Below, piece after piece: positions 28,748-40,076 of a stretch of DNA of 64,000 nucleotides (position 1 is its first letter; every line of letters starts with the position of its first letter). The notes beneath the pieces were generated by a model. It saw only the letters and a list, made by a program, of their open reading frames with translations, ran no database searches and had not been told where the DNA came from. The position numbers and the translations under genes are program-made. Source of the DNA: an uncultured Acidobacteriota bacterium (lineage in GTDB: Bacteria > Acidobacteriota > JAQAZP01); NCBI GenBank assembly GCA_963836075.1, contig CAWIIB010000009.1, positions 2,720,001-2,784,000 of the forward strand, written 5' to 3'.

Positions 28748-30160
28748 ATGAGTCGGTTCTTTCCAGTGAGGTGCCAGGCAGCAGCTTTTATCAACAGGTT
28801 GCTGCCGCTGCTTCTTCTTCTGCTCCTGCTGGCCGGCCGCACCGCCTGCGGCCCCGCGGCCGAACCACCGAGCCTGGTGCTGATCTCCCTGGACACCCTG
28901 CGGGCCGACCGTCTGGGGTGTTACGGCTACCAGCGGGACACCTCGCCTACCCTGGACCGTCTTGCCGGTGAAGCGGTGCTCTTCGAATATGCGGTGAGCC
29001 AGGCCAACGAGACCGTTCGTTCCCACCGCTCGCTGCTCACCTCGGCCTATCCCGCTGAGGCCATGGCCCGCCGGGACCGGGTGATGCTGGCCACCCGGCT
29101 GCGCGAGGCCGGATTTGCCACCGGCGCCTTCACTGACGGTGGACCGATGTCCAAGGACTTCGGTTTCCACCAGGGCTTCGACCAGTTCGAGGAGTGGGGC
29201 AACGGTCTCGACCTCAAGCGCAACCAGGCGTTGAAATGGCTGGACAGTCTTCCCCATGGCCGGCGCTTCTTCCTTTTTGTCCACTGCTTCGACATCCATG
29301 CCCCTTACGCGCCGCCGCCGGCCTACCGCGAGATCTTCGGCAAGGGGAACCCCAGCCGTATCGAGCCGAAGCAGACGGCGGAGATCGGGCGCCGGATCCG
29401 CAACATCCTCTCCGAGGACCAGGGGGCGGTGACAGGGGAGAGGCTGGAACTGAGCAGGGACGACCGGCTCCGGATGAGCGATCTCTACGATTGCGGCATT
29501 CGCTACACCGACGAAATGCTTGACCAGTTGTTGCGGGATCTCGACTCCCGTGGTCTGCTGGAGAACACCATCATCGTGGTGCTCTCCGATCACGGGGAGG
29601 AGTTCTGGGACCACGGGTCGGTACTGCACGGCCACACGCTCTACCAGGAGATGACCCACGTGCCGCTGATCGTCCGGGTGCCCGGGCTCCCGGCCCGGCG
29701 GGTTGCGGAACCGGTGGCCCTGATCGATCTTCAGCCCACACTGCTCGAGCTGCTGGGGGTGGATGCTGCCGGAGACGCCAAGGGCGTATCCCTGGCGCCG
29801 CTGCTCCGCGGCGAGGCCGCTGCCCGGGGCGGGGGGCCGCTGATCAGCGAAGGGATGGAACCGGGTCACTATTCGGTGATCGAGCAAGGCTTCAAACTGA
29901 TCCGACGCCCCGATCGCCAGCTCTACGAGTTGTATGACCTGGAAGCTGATCCGGATGAAAAGGTAGACATCGCCTGGCGGGAGCCGGACCGGGTGGCCCG
30001 GATGAGCCAGGTGATGCGGAGCCACCACGAGGCTCTGCTGGCCCTGCCGCGGCCCGGCTCGCCCAAGGCCCCGCCGCCGGGTGAGCAGTTGGACCCGCGC
30101 ACCGTGGACCGGCTGCGGGAACTGGGCTACCTCGAGCCGGAGCCGGGCGAAACACCCTGA
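28748..30160 (+). CDS. Sulfatase-like hydrolase/transferase (alkaline phosphatase superfamily), probable lipoprotein
   Basis: LISLDTLRAD, HCFDIHAPY, SDHGEE, HGHTL, ELYDL..DP.E. Confidence 0.85.
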   Translation: MSRFFPVRCQAAAFINRLLPLLLLLLLLAGRTACGPAAEPPSLVLISLDTLRADRLGCYGYQRDTSPTLDRLAGEAVLFEYAVSQANETVRSHRSLLTSAYPAEAMARRDRVMLATRLREAGFATGAFTDGGPMSKDFGFHQGFDQFEEWGNGLDLKRNQALKWLDSLPHGRRFFLFVHCFDIHAPYAPPPAYREIFGKGNPSRIEPKQTAEIGRRIRNILSEDQGAVTGERLELSRDDRLRMSDLYDCGIRYTDEMLDQLLRDLDSRGLLENTIIVVLSDHGEEFWDHGSVLHGHTLYQEMTHVPLIVRVPGLPARRVAEPVALIDLQPTLLELLGVDAAGDAKGVSLAPLLRGEAAARGGGPLISEGMEPGHYSVIEQGFKLIRRPDRQLYELYDLEADPDEKVDIAWREPDRVARMSQVMRSHHEALLALPRPGSPKAPPPGEQLDPRTVDRLRELGYLEPEPGETP

Positions 30161-30161
30161 T

Positions 30162-31115
30162 TCAGATCTTCAGCTGGCCCTGCTCCAGAATGACCCTCCC
30201 GTCGAGGGTCAGGGTGGGCCGGCGGATCAGGCCGTCCAGGTGCAGCGGCACGTCGCAGGTCCCGCCCATGGAGATATTGTTGCCCACCGCGATGTGCGCG
30301 GTGCCGGCCACCTTCTCGTCCTCCAGCAGGTCCCCGCTGATGATGGCGGCATCGTTGGTCCCCACCCCCAGCTCGGCCACGTTCATCGCCTTCTGGCCGT
30401 AGGGGCTGAGCAGTGCCTTCAGTTTGCGCGCTTCGGCGCCGCCGCTGATCCCGGTGACGAACCCCTCGCGCACCTGGAAGCGGATCGGCGTCTTCACCAC
30501 ACCCACCCCGGCCATGGAGCCGTCCACCACGAAGGTGCCTTCGGCGGTCCCCTCGTCGGGGGAGAGGTAGGCCTCGCCCGAGGGCAGGTTGCCGAACTCC
30601 CCCGGCTGGCGGATCAGGCCGGTGGAGGCGATGGCGCTCATGGTTTTGATGGCCAGCGTGATGTCGGTGCCCGCCGGCGAGGTGAGGTGCGCCTGGCCGG
30701 CCCGGTCCAGGGCCGCGGCCACCCGGTGGGTCCGCTCGGCGATGGCCTCGTAGTCGGCGGTGAGGGTGCGGACCATCATCTCCTCGGTGACCCCGGGGAG
30801 AGTGGCCACCCGGGTGCCCGCCTCACAGGCGGTGCGCCGGGCGGCGGTGTGGGTCAGCGATTTGGAGGTGGGGCAGACCACCACGTCGGCGGCCTTCATC
30901 GCTTCCAGCACCAGGGCGGGCGGTTCGTCGCCGTGGGCCCGGCGGGGCGCCATCTCGATCAGCATCGCTTCGGCGCCGAGGATCCGCCCCTCCTCCCAGA
31001 AAGCGTAGGCGATGCGCCTCAGCGGCTCGTCGGTGATCACCAGCAGGCTCTCACCCGGACGGAGGGCGAGGCAGCTTTCCAGCGCGGTGCGCGCGGCGTT
31101 CTGGAGCGGTGTCAT
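30162..31115 (-). CDS. M29-like (AmpS/leucyl) aminopeptidase
   Basis: NLPSGEAY, GTFVVDG, AELGVGTN, EDEKVAGTAHIAVG, HLDG. Confidence 0.85.
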   Translation of the reverse strand: MTPLQNAARTALESCLALRPGESLLVITDEPLRRIAYAFWEEGRILGAEAMLIEMAPRRAHGDEPPALVLEAMKAADVVVCPTSKSLTHTAARRTACEAGTRVATLPGVTEEMMVRTLTADYEAIAERTHRVAAALDRAGQAHLTSPAGTDITLAIKTMSAIASTGLIRQPGEFGNLPSGEAYLSPDEGTAEGTFVVDGSMAGVGVVKTPIRFQVREGFVTGISGGAEARKLKALLSPYGQKAMNVAELGVGTNDAAIISGDLLEDEKVAGTAHIAVGNNISMGGTCDVPLHLDGLIRRPTLTLDGRVILEQGQLKI

Positions 31116-31411
31116 GTCCGGTTCTCCTAATGTTCATGAGAGGTCTACCCCTCGAAAAAGTAGTACGTATATATCCACCACCGCCCCGGTCCGGGGCGGC
31201 TCGTCAACATTTGTATGAGCGTATTATAACAGCTTGTCCGGGCAGTCCGCCAAGGTGCCTGCGGGCTGCCGCTCAGACCACCGCCAGCGTGAGGTGGAGA
31301 TCGCCGGGCCCGTCGGGCGCCGGCCGGCCCAGTCCCTTGATCCGCCGCTCCATTGACCCGGACCGCGGACCGGGGGAAAATGTGGCACGACGGTGACCAG
31401 AAGAGGTGGAA

Positions 31412-32018
31412 ATGGACCTGAAGGATATCGAACGTGCGGTCCGGCTGAGAGAGCCCTGCCTGCGCAGCGAGGGGGTTGAGTTGGTGAGCGCCGTGCTGGT
31501 GCCGCTGATATGGCGGGAAGGGGAGTGGCGGCTGATCTTCGAGATCCGCAACCTGCGGCTCAAGCGGCAGCCCGGCGAGATCTGTTTTCCCGGCGGGGCC
31601 ATCGAACCGGGCGACACCACCCCGCAGGATGCGGCGGTGCGGGAGTGCTGCGAAGAACTGGGCCTCTCGCCGGGTGACGTTTCGGTGATCGCCCCGCTGG
31701 ACCCCTTTGTCAGCGGCTCCTATGTCCTGATCCACCCCTTTATGGGACGTCTCCCCCGGAACCCGGTGCTGACCCCGGACCCGGACGAGATCGAGGAACT
31801 GCTGGAGGTGCCCCTCGACTTCTTCCTTGCCACCCCGCCGGAGATCCACCAGGTGGAAACGGTGCTGCGGCCCTTGCCCGGGTTCCCGCTGGACCGCGTG
31901 CCCGAGGTCTACGGGTCGGACTGGGGCCGCAAACGGTTCTCGGTCTATTTCTACCAGTACGGGGAACACACCATCTGGGGTCTCTCGGCCCGGGTGCTGG
32001 TGGACCTGGTGGGACGGC

Positions 32019-32029
<11 letters not shown>
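31412..32029 (+). CDS. Nudix hydrolase, CoA pyrophosphatase-like
   Basis: SAVLVPL, QPGEICFPGG, Nudix box AAVRECCEELG, IWGLSA. Confidence 0.9.
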
Positions 32030-33919
<1,890 letters not shown>

Positions 33920-33923
<4 letters not shown>

Positions 33924-35065
33924 GGGCTGTCCTGTTCCGTCCCCGGCTCCCCGGGCGTGTGGAGGACCAGTTCACCATTGCGGATTATTCCCAGGTGCAG
34001 CGGGCGGTTCACCTCGCGGTCCGAATTGAAGAGGATCGGCCCGGCCACACCGGGGAAGGGGGGCTGGTCACCGCTGAGCCGGGCGAGGTGGTCCCGTATC
34101 TCCTCCCTGCTGCGTGCTCCTTCCAGCACCGCCTGGTGCAGCAGCAGCAGGGCGTCGTGGGCCAGGGCTGCTTCATATCCGGGAGTGGTTCCCCATTTCG
34201 AACGGAACTGTTCAGCGAACTCCGCATTGCCCGGGTGCGGGATGTCGGGATGGTAGAACAGCGCCAGCGGCATTCCCTCGAACATGCCGGCCAGATCGCC
34301 CCGCATATTGCAGGTGCCCATGCTGTCCGCGCCGAGCAGGGGAATGACGCTCCCCTGGCGGAGCAGTTCTTTCTGCACTTTTCCTGCCTGCAGTGGTTGA
34401 CAGATCAGCACCAGCAGGTCAGGTTGCTGTTCAATGATCAACTGGACGTACAGTTCCACCTGGGCCGGCTTGGTATAACCCGAGCCGAGGAGGGAGGAGA
34501 AGGTGATCGCACCGCCCAACAGTTCGAACTCCCTCTGAAAGAGATCCGACAGCCCCCGGCCGTAATCGCTGTTCTGGTAGACCACGGCACAGCGCCGGGC
34601 GCCAAGGCGGTTCCAGGCGGCATCGGCCAGGAACTCGGCCTGGTGGGTGTCGTTGGGGCAGAGCTTGAAGGTCCAGGGGCCGGTTTCCAGCAGCTTGGGA
34701 CTGGTGGCGGTGGGGATGACCTGGGGAATGCCGTGGCGGTTGAACATGCTGGCTGCGGCCAGCGATGAGTCGCTGCTGGAGAAGCCGATCACGGCCAGGA
34801 TGTCCGGGTCACTGCAAAAGGCTTCGGAGGAGCGGACCACCATTGCCGGGGTCCATCCCCGGGTTTCGTCGTAGACCACCTCCAGCCGCACCGGGCTTCC
34901 CGACTGCTCGATGCGGGAGGTGGCGATGGCGAGGGCCATGCGGAATGCGGGGTCCCCCTGGCAGCCCACCGTGAGCACCGGCGGCTCCTCCCGGCAGGCG
35001 GAGGCCGCCAGCACAGCCACCAGGGCGGCGATGAGGAGTATTGTGCTGGACCGCTGAAAAATCAT
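33920..35065 (-). CDS. Branched-chain amino acid-type periplasmic substrate-binding lipoprotein
   Basis: Lipobox LAASAC; AVIGFSSS, PTATSPKL, NSDYGRGL, FPGVAGPI.F (type I periplasmic binding fold). Confidence 0.85.
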
Positions 35066-35092
35066 TGTCCCCCGTTTGCCTGATCCACTGGA

Positions 35093-38014
35093 TCAGGGTG
35101 CGGTGGCCGCCACCGTGCAGCTGTCCGCGGCACTGCCCCCGGAGGGGGCGTAGGGCGGCTGGTTGTAGGGTGCCGGGGTCACATCCACTGCTGTGACGGT
35201 GAAGACATTCAATCCCACCAGGGAGCCCAGTGCCGGGAAATTCTGGTTCCAGGCGGTGCTGAACACCTCTCCGGGGGCCAGGTTGGTCCAGCCGGCCCGC
35301 CAGTTGCCGTAGCTCGCCCCGCCGGCCACCGCCAGGTCGATTCGGCCCGCCGCCCGCCGGTTTTCGGCAGTGGTGTTGGCCAGTAGCACCGTGAACTGCG
35401 AAACGAAGGGCAGCACCCCCATCATCGGCTGGCAGTCGAGCGAGGCGGTGACCGTCGGCCCGGAAGGCAGGCTGAGACCGAAGAATTCGAGCATCCCGGC
35501 CAACAGTTCCTGCTTCGTGCTCGGGGACACACCGTCGGCCAGGCCGCCGAATTCGAAGGAGGCGGCGATGGTGTTGTAGGTCCCGGCGGGATGGGCAACG
35601 GCGCAGCCGTAGCCCACGGCGGTGTTGACCAGCAGTTCGTAGGCCGGTGCGGTGGCGCCCAGCCGGTCGATCCAGTTGTTCTCCCCGCCGTAGCTGAACG
35701 ACATCCCCCCGGCAAAGGTGCCGGATGCGCCGGTGACCGTGGAGAGGTCCGCAGTTCCGTCACCCTCGTCGATGGTGTTGAAGTAGCCGCGCAGGGTTGC
35801 CGGGTTGCTGTCGAAGTTCCAGACGTCACCCCCCTCGAGGTAGAGGTTTCCGCCGCCTCCGAGATAGGCTGCCAGCGCCGTTTCCTCAGGGCTTCCCGAA
35901 CTGAACGTGTAATTGTTGGAGTAGATCCCCACCAGGACGAACACCGCCTGGTAGCCGCTGAGGTCGCTGCCGTACTGCAGCAGGTCGGTGACCAGCACCG
36001 AGTCCCAGCCCAGGGCGGTGAGCGCAGTCTGCATGGCTGCGCCACTGATCGGTGTGGGGTCCGCCTCCCAGATAAGGATCGAGGGCCAGCTGGGGAGGCT
36101 CACGTCGAGGGTGGTCACCCCCCCCTCGCTGACGGCGACGCCGGTTTCGGTGTGCACCGAGTAGCCGCTCAGGGCAAAACGCAGGTCATGGGACGCCCCC
36201 CCGGGGAGGGTCAGGCTGTACGCACCCGAACCGTTGGTGAAGACCGGGGTCACCGGCGTGCCGGGAACGCTGACCTCCACGCCGGTGAGCGGCAGGCCGC
36301 CGTCATCGGTGACCGTGCCCTGCACCGTGCCGGTGGCCGCGGCCACCAGGGTGAAGTCGGCGGTGACCGTGGTGTCGGCCGGCACGTTGACCACCTGCTG
36401 CTGGGTGACGTAGCCGAAGCTGCTCACCTCCAGGGTCTGGTTCAAGTCCGGCTGCACCACGATGAGGTAGCTGCCGTCCAGCGGGTCGGTGTCGGCGGTG
36501 AAGCTGTTCTCCAGCACGGCGATGTGTGCGGCCAGCGGGTCGAGGGCGCTGTCCCGCACCTGGCCGTCCACGTGGCCGTAACCGGCGCTCAGTGCAGCGG
36601 CCTGGGCGTCGACGATGCCCCAGCCGTAGTTGTTGTCCGGCGTGGCCGACTGGCTGGCCGTCTGGCGCATGGCCAGCTGGATGTCCCCCGGGGTCCAGGT
36701 GGGGTGGGCCTCCACCAGCAGGGCAGCCACGCCGCCCACCAGCGGGGTGGAGAGGCTGGTGCCGTCCACCGCGGTGTACGAGGTGGCGCCGTACGGGCTG
36801 GCACAATAGGTCGAGACACCCCGGGCGCAGACGTCCGGCTTGGTCCGGCCGTCATAGGTCGGGCCGGAGGAACTGAAGGAAGCCAGCGAACCCGAACTGT
36901 TCACCGCGCCGCAGGAGATCACCCCTTCGCTGTCCGACGGGGCGATGAGGGCGCCGGCATACTGCCCGTTGTTGCCCATGGCGTTGACCAGCACCATACC
37001 CTGGGCCACGGCCCAGTTGGCGGCGATGGTGGTGACACAGGTCTGGCCGTCCATGTCGGCAAAGTCGTACCAGTCGTCGTAACCGAGGGAGCTGGAGACC
37101 ACGTCGGCCCCGTTCAGCTCGGCCCACTCCAGGCCCTCGACGAACCAGTCCTCCTCGATGGGCACCTCCTGGGAGGTGTCCTCGGTCTTGGCCAGCAGAA
37201 AACTCGCCCCATAGGCCGGCCCATAGAGGGTGCCGTCCTTGAGTCCGCCCAGGGTGGACCAGGTGTAGGTGCCGTGGTTGTGCTGGGAACTGGGGTCACT
37301 CCCCTCGTTTTGGGTGTTGCCGTCATCGTTGATGAAGTCCCACTCGTCCAGCACGGTGAGCCCGGCAAAGGCCTCGTGGTCCTTGTAGAAGCCGGTGTCC
37401 AGCATACAGACGATTACCCCGGCGCCGCTGAAACCCATGTCGTGCAGGTCGGTTACGTTGATCTGGTCCAGCTGAGCAAAGGAACTGCCGTAGTTCAGCG
37501 CCCGCGACCCGTCGGTGCCTGTGGCATCCGGTGGTTCCACCGGGGTGATCTCCCGGCGCGTGAATCCGGCCACCCGGCTGATGCCGGCCACACAGTGGAG
37601 GGAGGAGATCTGTTCCAGTTGATCGGGCCGGGCCTCCACGCTGATGGCGTTGAGCAGCCGGCTGTCCGCCCGGTGTTTTGGACCCAGGGCCAGCACTGAC
37701 TGGCGGTACGCCGGGTTCACCGGGAGATCCCGTTCGTCCACCAGCAGGTCCGTGCGCACCTTGGCCCGCCGTTGGAGGGTCCGTTGGCCCAGTTCGGCCT
37801 TCCGCGCACCGAGGGCCTGGTCCAGCTTGTCCGCGCCGATCCCCTTGTCCGTGAAACGGATCCAGACCTTCACCGTGGGCTGGTCCGGGTGGGCCGCCAG
37901 CCAGGCGGCCAGCCGGCTGTCGATTTTCGGCGAATCCGACGCCGACACCGCCGGGACCGCGACGGCGGCCACAAGGAAGAGCAGGGTGAACAACAGGGTC
38001 ATGGCACGGTTCAT
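35093..38014 (-). CDS. Secreted S8 subtilase with carboxypeptidase-regulatory-like repeats and additional C-terminal domains
   Basis: Catalytic triad LDTG, NHGT, GTSLSTP; FSSSGPT.DGRTKPD; GGAGG RBS and signal peptide from ATG 38014. Confidence 0.92.
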   Translation of the reverse strand: MNRAMTLLFTLLFLVAAVAVPAVSASDSPKIDSRLAAWLAAHPDQPTVKVWIRFTDKGIGADKLDQALGARKAELGQRTLQRRAKVRTDLLVDERDLPVNPAYRQSVLALGPKHRADSRLLNAISVEARPDQLEQISSLHCVAGISRVAGFTRREITPVEPPDATGTDGSRALNYGSSFAQLDQINVTDLHDMGFSGAGVIVCMLDTGFYKDHEAFAGLTVLDEWDFINDDGNTQNEGSDPSSQHNHGTYTWSTLGGLKDGTLYGPAYGASFLLAKTEDTSQEVPIEEDWFVEGLEWAELNGADVVSSSLGYDDWYDFADMDGQTCVTTIAANWAVAQGMVLVNAMGNNGQYAGALIAPSDSEGVISCGAVNSSGSLASFSSSGPTYDGRTKPDVCARGVSTYCASPYGATSYTAVDGTSLSTPLVGGVAALLVEAHPTWTPGDIQLAMRQTASQSATPDNNYGWGIVDAQAAALSAGYGHVDGQVRDSALDPLAAHIAVLENSFTADTDPLDGSYLIVVQPDLNQTLEVSSFGYVTQQQVVNVPADTTVTADFTLVAAATGTVQGTVTDDGGLPLTGVEVSVPGTPVTPVFTNGSGAYSLTLPGGASHDLRFALSGYSVHTETGVAVSEGGVTTLDVSLPSWPSILIWEADPTPISGAAMQTALTALGWDSVLVTDLLQYGSDLSGYQAVFVLVGIYSNNYTFSSGSPEETALAAYLGGGGNLYLEGGDVWNFDSNPATLRGYFNTIDEGDGTADLSTVTGASGTFAGGMSFSYGGENNWIDRLGATAPAYELLVNTAVGYGCAVAHPAGTYNTIAASFEFGGLADGVSPSTKQELLAGMLEFFGLSLPSGPTVTASLDCQPMMGVLPFVSQFTVLLANTTAENRRAAGRIDLAVAGGASYGNWRAGWTNLAPGEVFSTAWNQNFPALGSLVGLNVFTVTAVDVTPAPYNQPPYAPSGGSAADSCTVAATAP

Positions 38015-38097
38015 CGGTGCAGCCTCCGGGGCAAGAGTGGGGAAGAACAGGGGCGTTGAAAGTACGGCCTGCCGCCACACGGTGTTCAGACAGTCCA

Positions 38098-38127
38098 AAT
38101 ATAGGTGGCATGGTGGAGGAGCGTCAA
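38098..38127 (-). promoter_or_regulatory. Putative sigma70 promoter for the S8 peptidase
   Basis: Minus strand TTGACG-18 bp-TATATT. Confidence 0.55.
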
Positions 38128-38175
38128 GGCGGCGGCGAGGCGGGGCGCTGTTCAGCACCCCGCCCGGGCATGAAA

Positions 38176-38703
38176 TCACATGCCGTAGAGGTGTCCGGTG
38201 TTCACCGGGCGGCCCATCAGCTTGAGGTAGTAGTAGAGCTGGGTCTTGTGCTGCACCAGGTGCTGGACCATCTGGATCATGTGCTTGCCGAGGGCGAATT
38301 CCATTCCCGGGGCCCAGGGCGCCGAGATTTTCTTCGAATCCATGTCCTCCTCGCCGGCCAGGGTCACCATCTCCAGTGCCACCAGCTTGTCGGCGGCCAG
38401 CATTTCGCGGGCCTGGGCCACGCTCTCCACGGAGGGCATCTTTTCCGCCGGGGGCATCATCTCCTCGTGGGACATATCCTCCATCTTGACACCCTCGGGC
38501 ATGCCCCAGTCACCGGTGACAAAGCCCTTGCAGCAGGCGCCGCAGGCGCCGGTGAGGTGAAACAGCAACTGGCCGGTGTTCATCCAGTTCGTGCCGCTGG
38601 CCGGTTTCCATCCCAGTTCGCCGTCCTCCACCATTTCCATCAGCTTGTCGGTGGCTGCGTAGGTCTCCTCGATGGCGCCGTTCAACAGTTCGGTCCAGTT
38701 CAT
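38176..38703 (-). CDS. DinB/YfiT-like family protein
   Basis: WKP...GQLLFHL and QHLVQHKTQLYYYLK.MG (His metal ligands). Confidence 0.85.
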   Translation of the reverse strand: MNWTELLNGAIEETYAATDKLMEMVEDGELGWKPASGTNWMNTGQLLFHLTGACGACCKGFVTGDWGMPEGVKMEDMSHEEMMPPAEKMPSVESVAQAREMLAADKLVALEMVTLAGEEDMDSKKISAPWAPGMEFALGKHMIQMVQHLVQHKTQLYYYLKLMGRPVNTGHLYGM

Positions 38704-38767
38704 GGCATATCTCCCTTGCTCGAATTCGGGCGGAACGCCCGGTGCTCGTCAGTATTGTTTTACTATA

Positions 38768-38894
38768 TCAGGGACGTACATGAATATATGAATTTTATCG
38801 GAACCAGGGACGTACTTGCGTTTTTGCGTTATTGGTTAACAACCATGAAACATTCCATGAGTTCCCAAAACGCAACAACGCAAGTACGTCCCTG
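38768..38894. repeat. REPIN/MITE-like element: 26-bp inverted repeats (38805-38830 and 38869-38894) plus a solo related repeat (38768-38796)
   Basis: CAGGGACGTACTTGCGTTTTTGCGTT versus AACGCAACAACGCAAGTACGTCCCTG (1 mismatch); solo TCAGGGACGTACATGAATATATGAAT; AT-rich interior. Confidence 0.85.
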
Positions 38895-38895
38895 A

Positions 38896-39426
38896 TCACT
38901 GGGGCAGGTCGCCGTGTTCGGTGCAGAATTCCTTGCGCCGGCACTTCTCGCAGTGGGCGCCGATCCAGAGCGTGTCGAACTGCTCCATGATCGGGGCCAC
39001 CAGTCCGGGGTCGGTGGTGATGATCCCGCCCTCGAAGTTGCGGCGGTGCGGCCCCTTGGCGCCCATGCCGGCGCCGGTGAGGTTGGCGCTGCCGCTGTAG
39101 GCGAAACGGCCGTCCACCACCACGGTCTTGAAGTGGATCCGCGGGCAAAGCATCCGCTCCAGTCCTTCGATGAGGTTGGGGTAGCGGTCGAAATCCTCGC
39201 GAAAGGCCGGGCCCGGCTCCTTGGCGTGGATCAGGCGCACCGCCACCCCCTGGTCCAGCAGCTCGGAGAGGATTTCGAGAAAGGGCACCATCCGCTTGCC
39301 CTTTTCCACGTGGAGGTCCTTGAGGTCCGAGGTGCCGATCCAGAGAAACTGCTTCGCCCGGGGCACCTCGGCCAGCAGAACCTCGCGGTAGATCTCGCTG
39401 TCGGTGATGAAGCGGGTATCGGTCAT
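38896..39426 (-). CDS. Small single-HKD phospholipase D/nuclease-family protein
   Basis: IHFKTVVVDG..YSGSANLT (HxKxxxxD), NFEGG; C-terminal CEKC-x5-C. Confidence 0.85.
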   Translation of the reverse strand: MTDTRFITDSEIYREVLLAEVPRAKQFLWIGTSDLKDLHVEKGKRMVPFLEILSELLDQGVAVRLIHAKEPGPAFREDFDRYPNLIEGLERMLCPRIHFKTVVVDGRFAYSGSANLTGAGMGAKGPHRRNFEGGIITTDPGLVAPIMEQFDTLWIGAHCEKCRRKEFCTEHGDLPQ

Positions 39427-39471
39427 CAGGGCCTCCTGGCACCCATTATGCCAGAAAGCCCAGTGATGGCA

Positions 39472-39897
39472 TCATCCTTCCACGGCACCCGTCTGAGGGG
39501 TGTCCGGCACATGTTGCCCGAACAGGGCTTTCACACTGTTGCGGGCCAGCACGATGATGGTGAAGACACCCAGTACCGTCCCCACCGGCATGAAGAGGCA
39601 CTCCAGGCCGGCGATGATCATGCAGAACGTGTGGTTGGTCCGCCGGGACAGGTTCCGGCCGGCAAAGAAGACCAGGACGGCAAGGGTCCAGCCGGCGATG
39701 ATGAACAGTCCGGCGCCGGCCATGAAGAAGATGCCGACGATGGATTCCGGGCCCCCTTCAGAGCCCAGCGCGCCGGTGGCCATGGCCAGGCCGAGAAAGA
39801 AGTGGATCATGGGAATACAGGCGAAGAGGGCGATCATGCCCGCGGCCACGTAATGGAAAATCGTCAGAATCTTGAGATGCTCCAGGTCCTGGCTCAT
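39472..39897 (-). CDS. Small integral membrane hypothetical protein
   Basis: Three to four hydrophobic segments; HLKILTIFHYV, PVGTVLGVFTIIVL. Confidence 0.75.
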   Translation of the reverse strand: MSQDLEHLKILTIFHYVAAGMIALFACIPMIHFFLGLAMATGALGSEGGPESIVGIFFMAGAGLFIIAGWTLAVLVFFAGRNLSRRTNHTFCMIIAGLECLFMPVGTVLGVFTIIVLARNSVKALFGQHVPDTPQTGAVEG

Positions 39898-40076
39898 TGT
39901 TTTCACCCCTCATTTCTGTTGTGGATGGCTGATGATATCACTATTTGTCTTCATTACGGCCGGCCGCGGACGATATTCATGACATTTTGCAGTTCCTGTG
40001 CTTGAAGCCGGCCCACCGGCCACCTATACTTTTTATAGAGGATTACAACAGCGGCCCCCCCACGAGGAGAACCAGG

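Noticed and set aside
38768-38894. GGGACGTAC repeats as a mini-CRISPR or as ends of an autonomous IS
   Set aside because: The copies are inverted or of two different types rather than a direct-repeat/spacer array, and no transposase lies between them.
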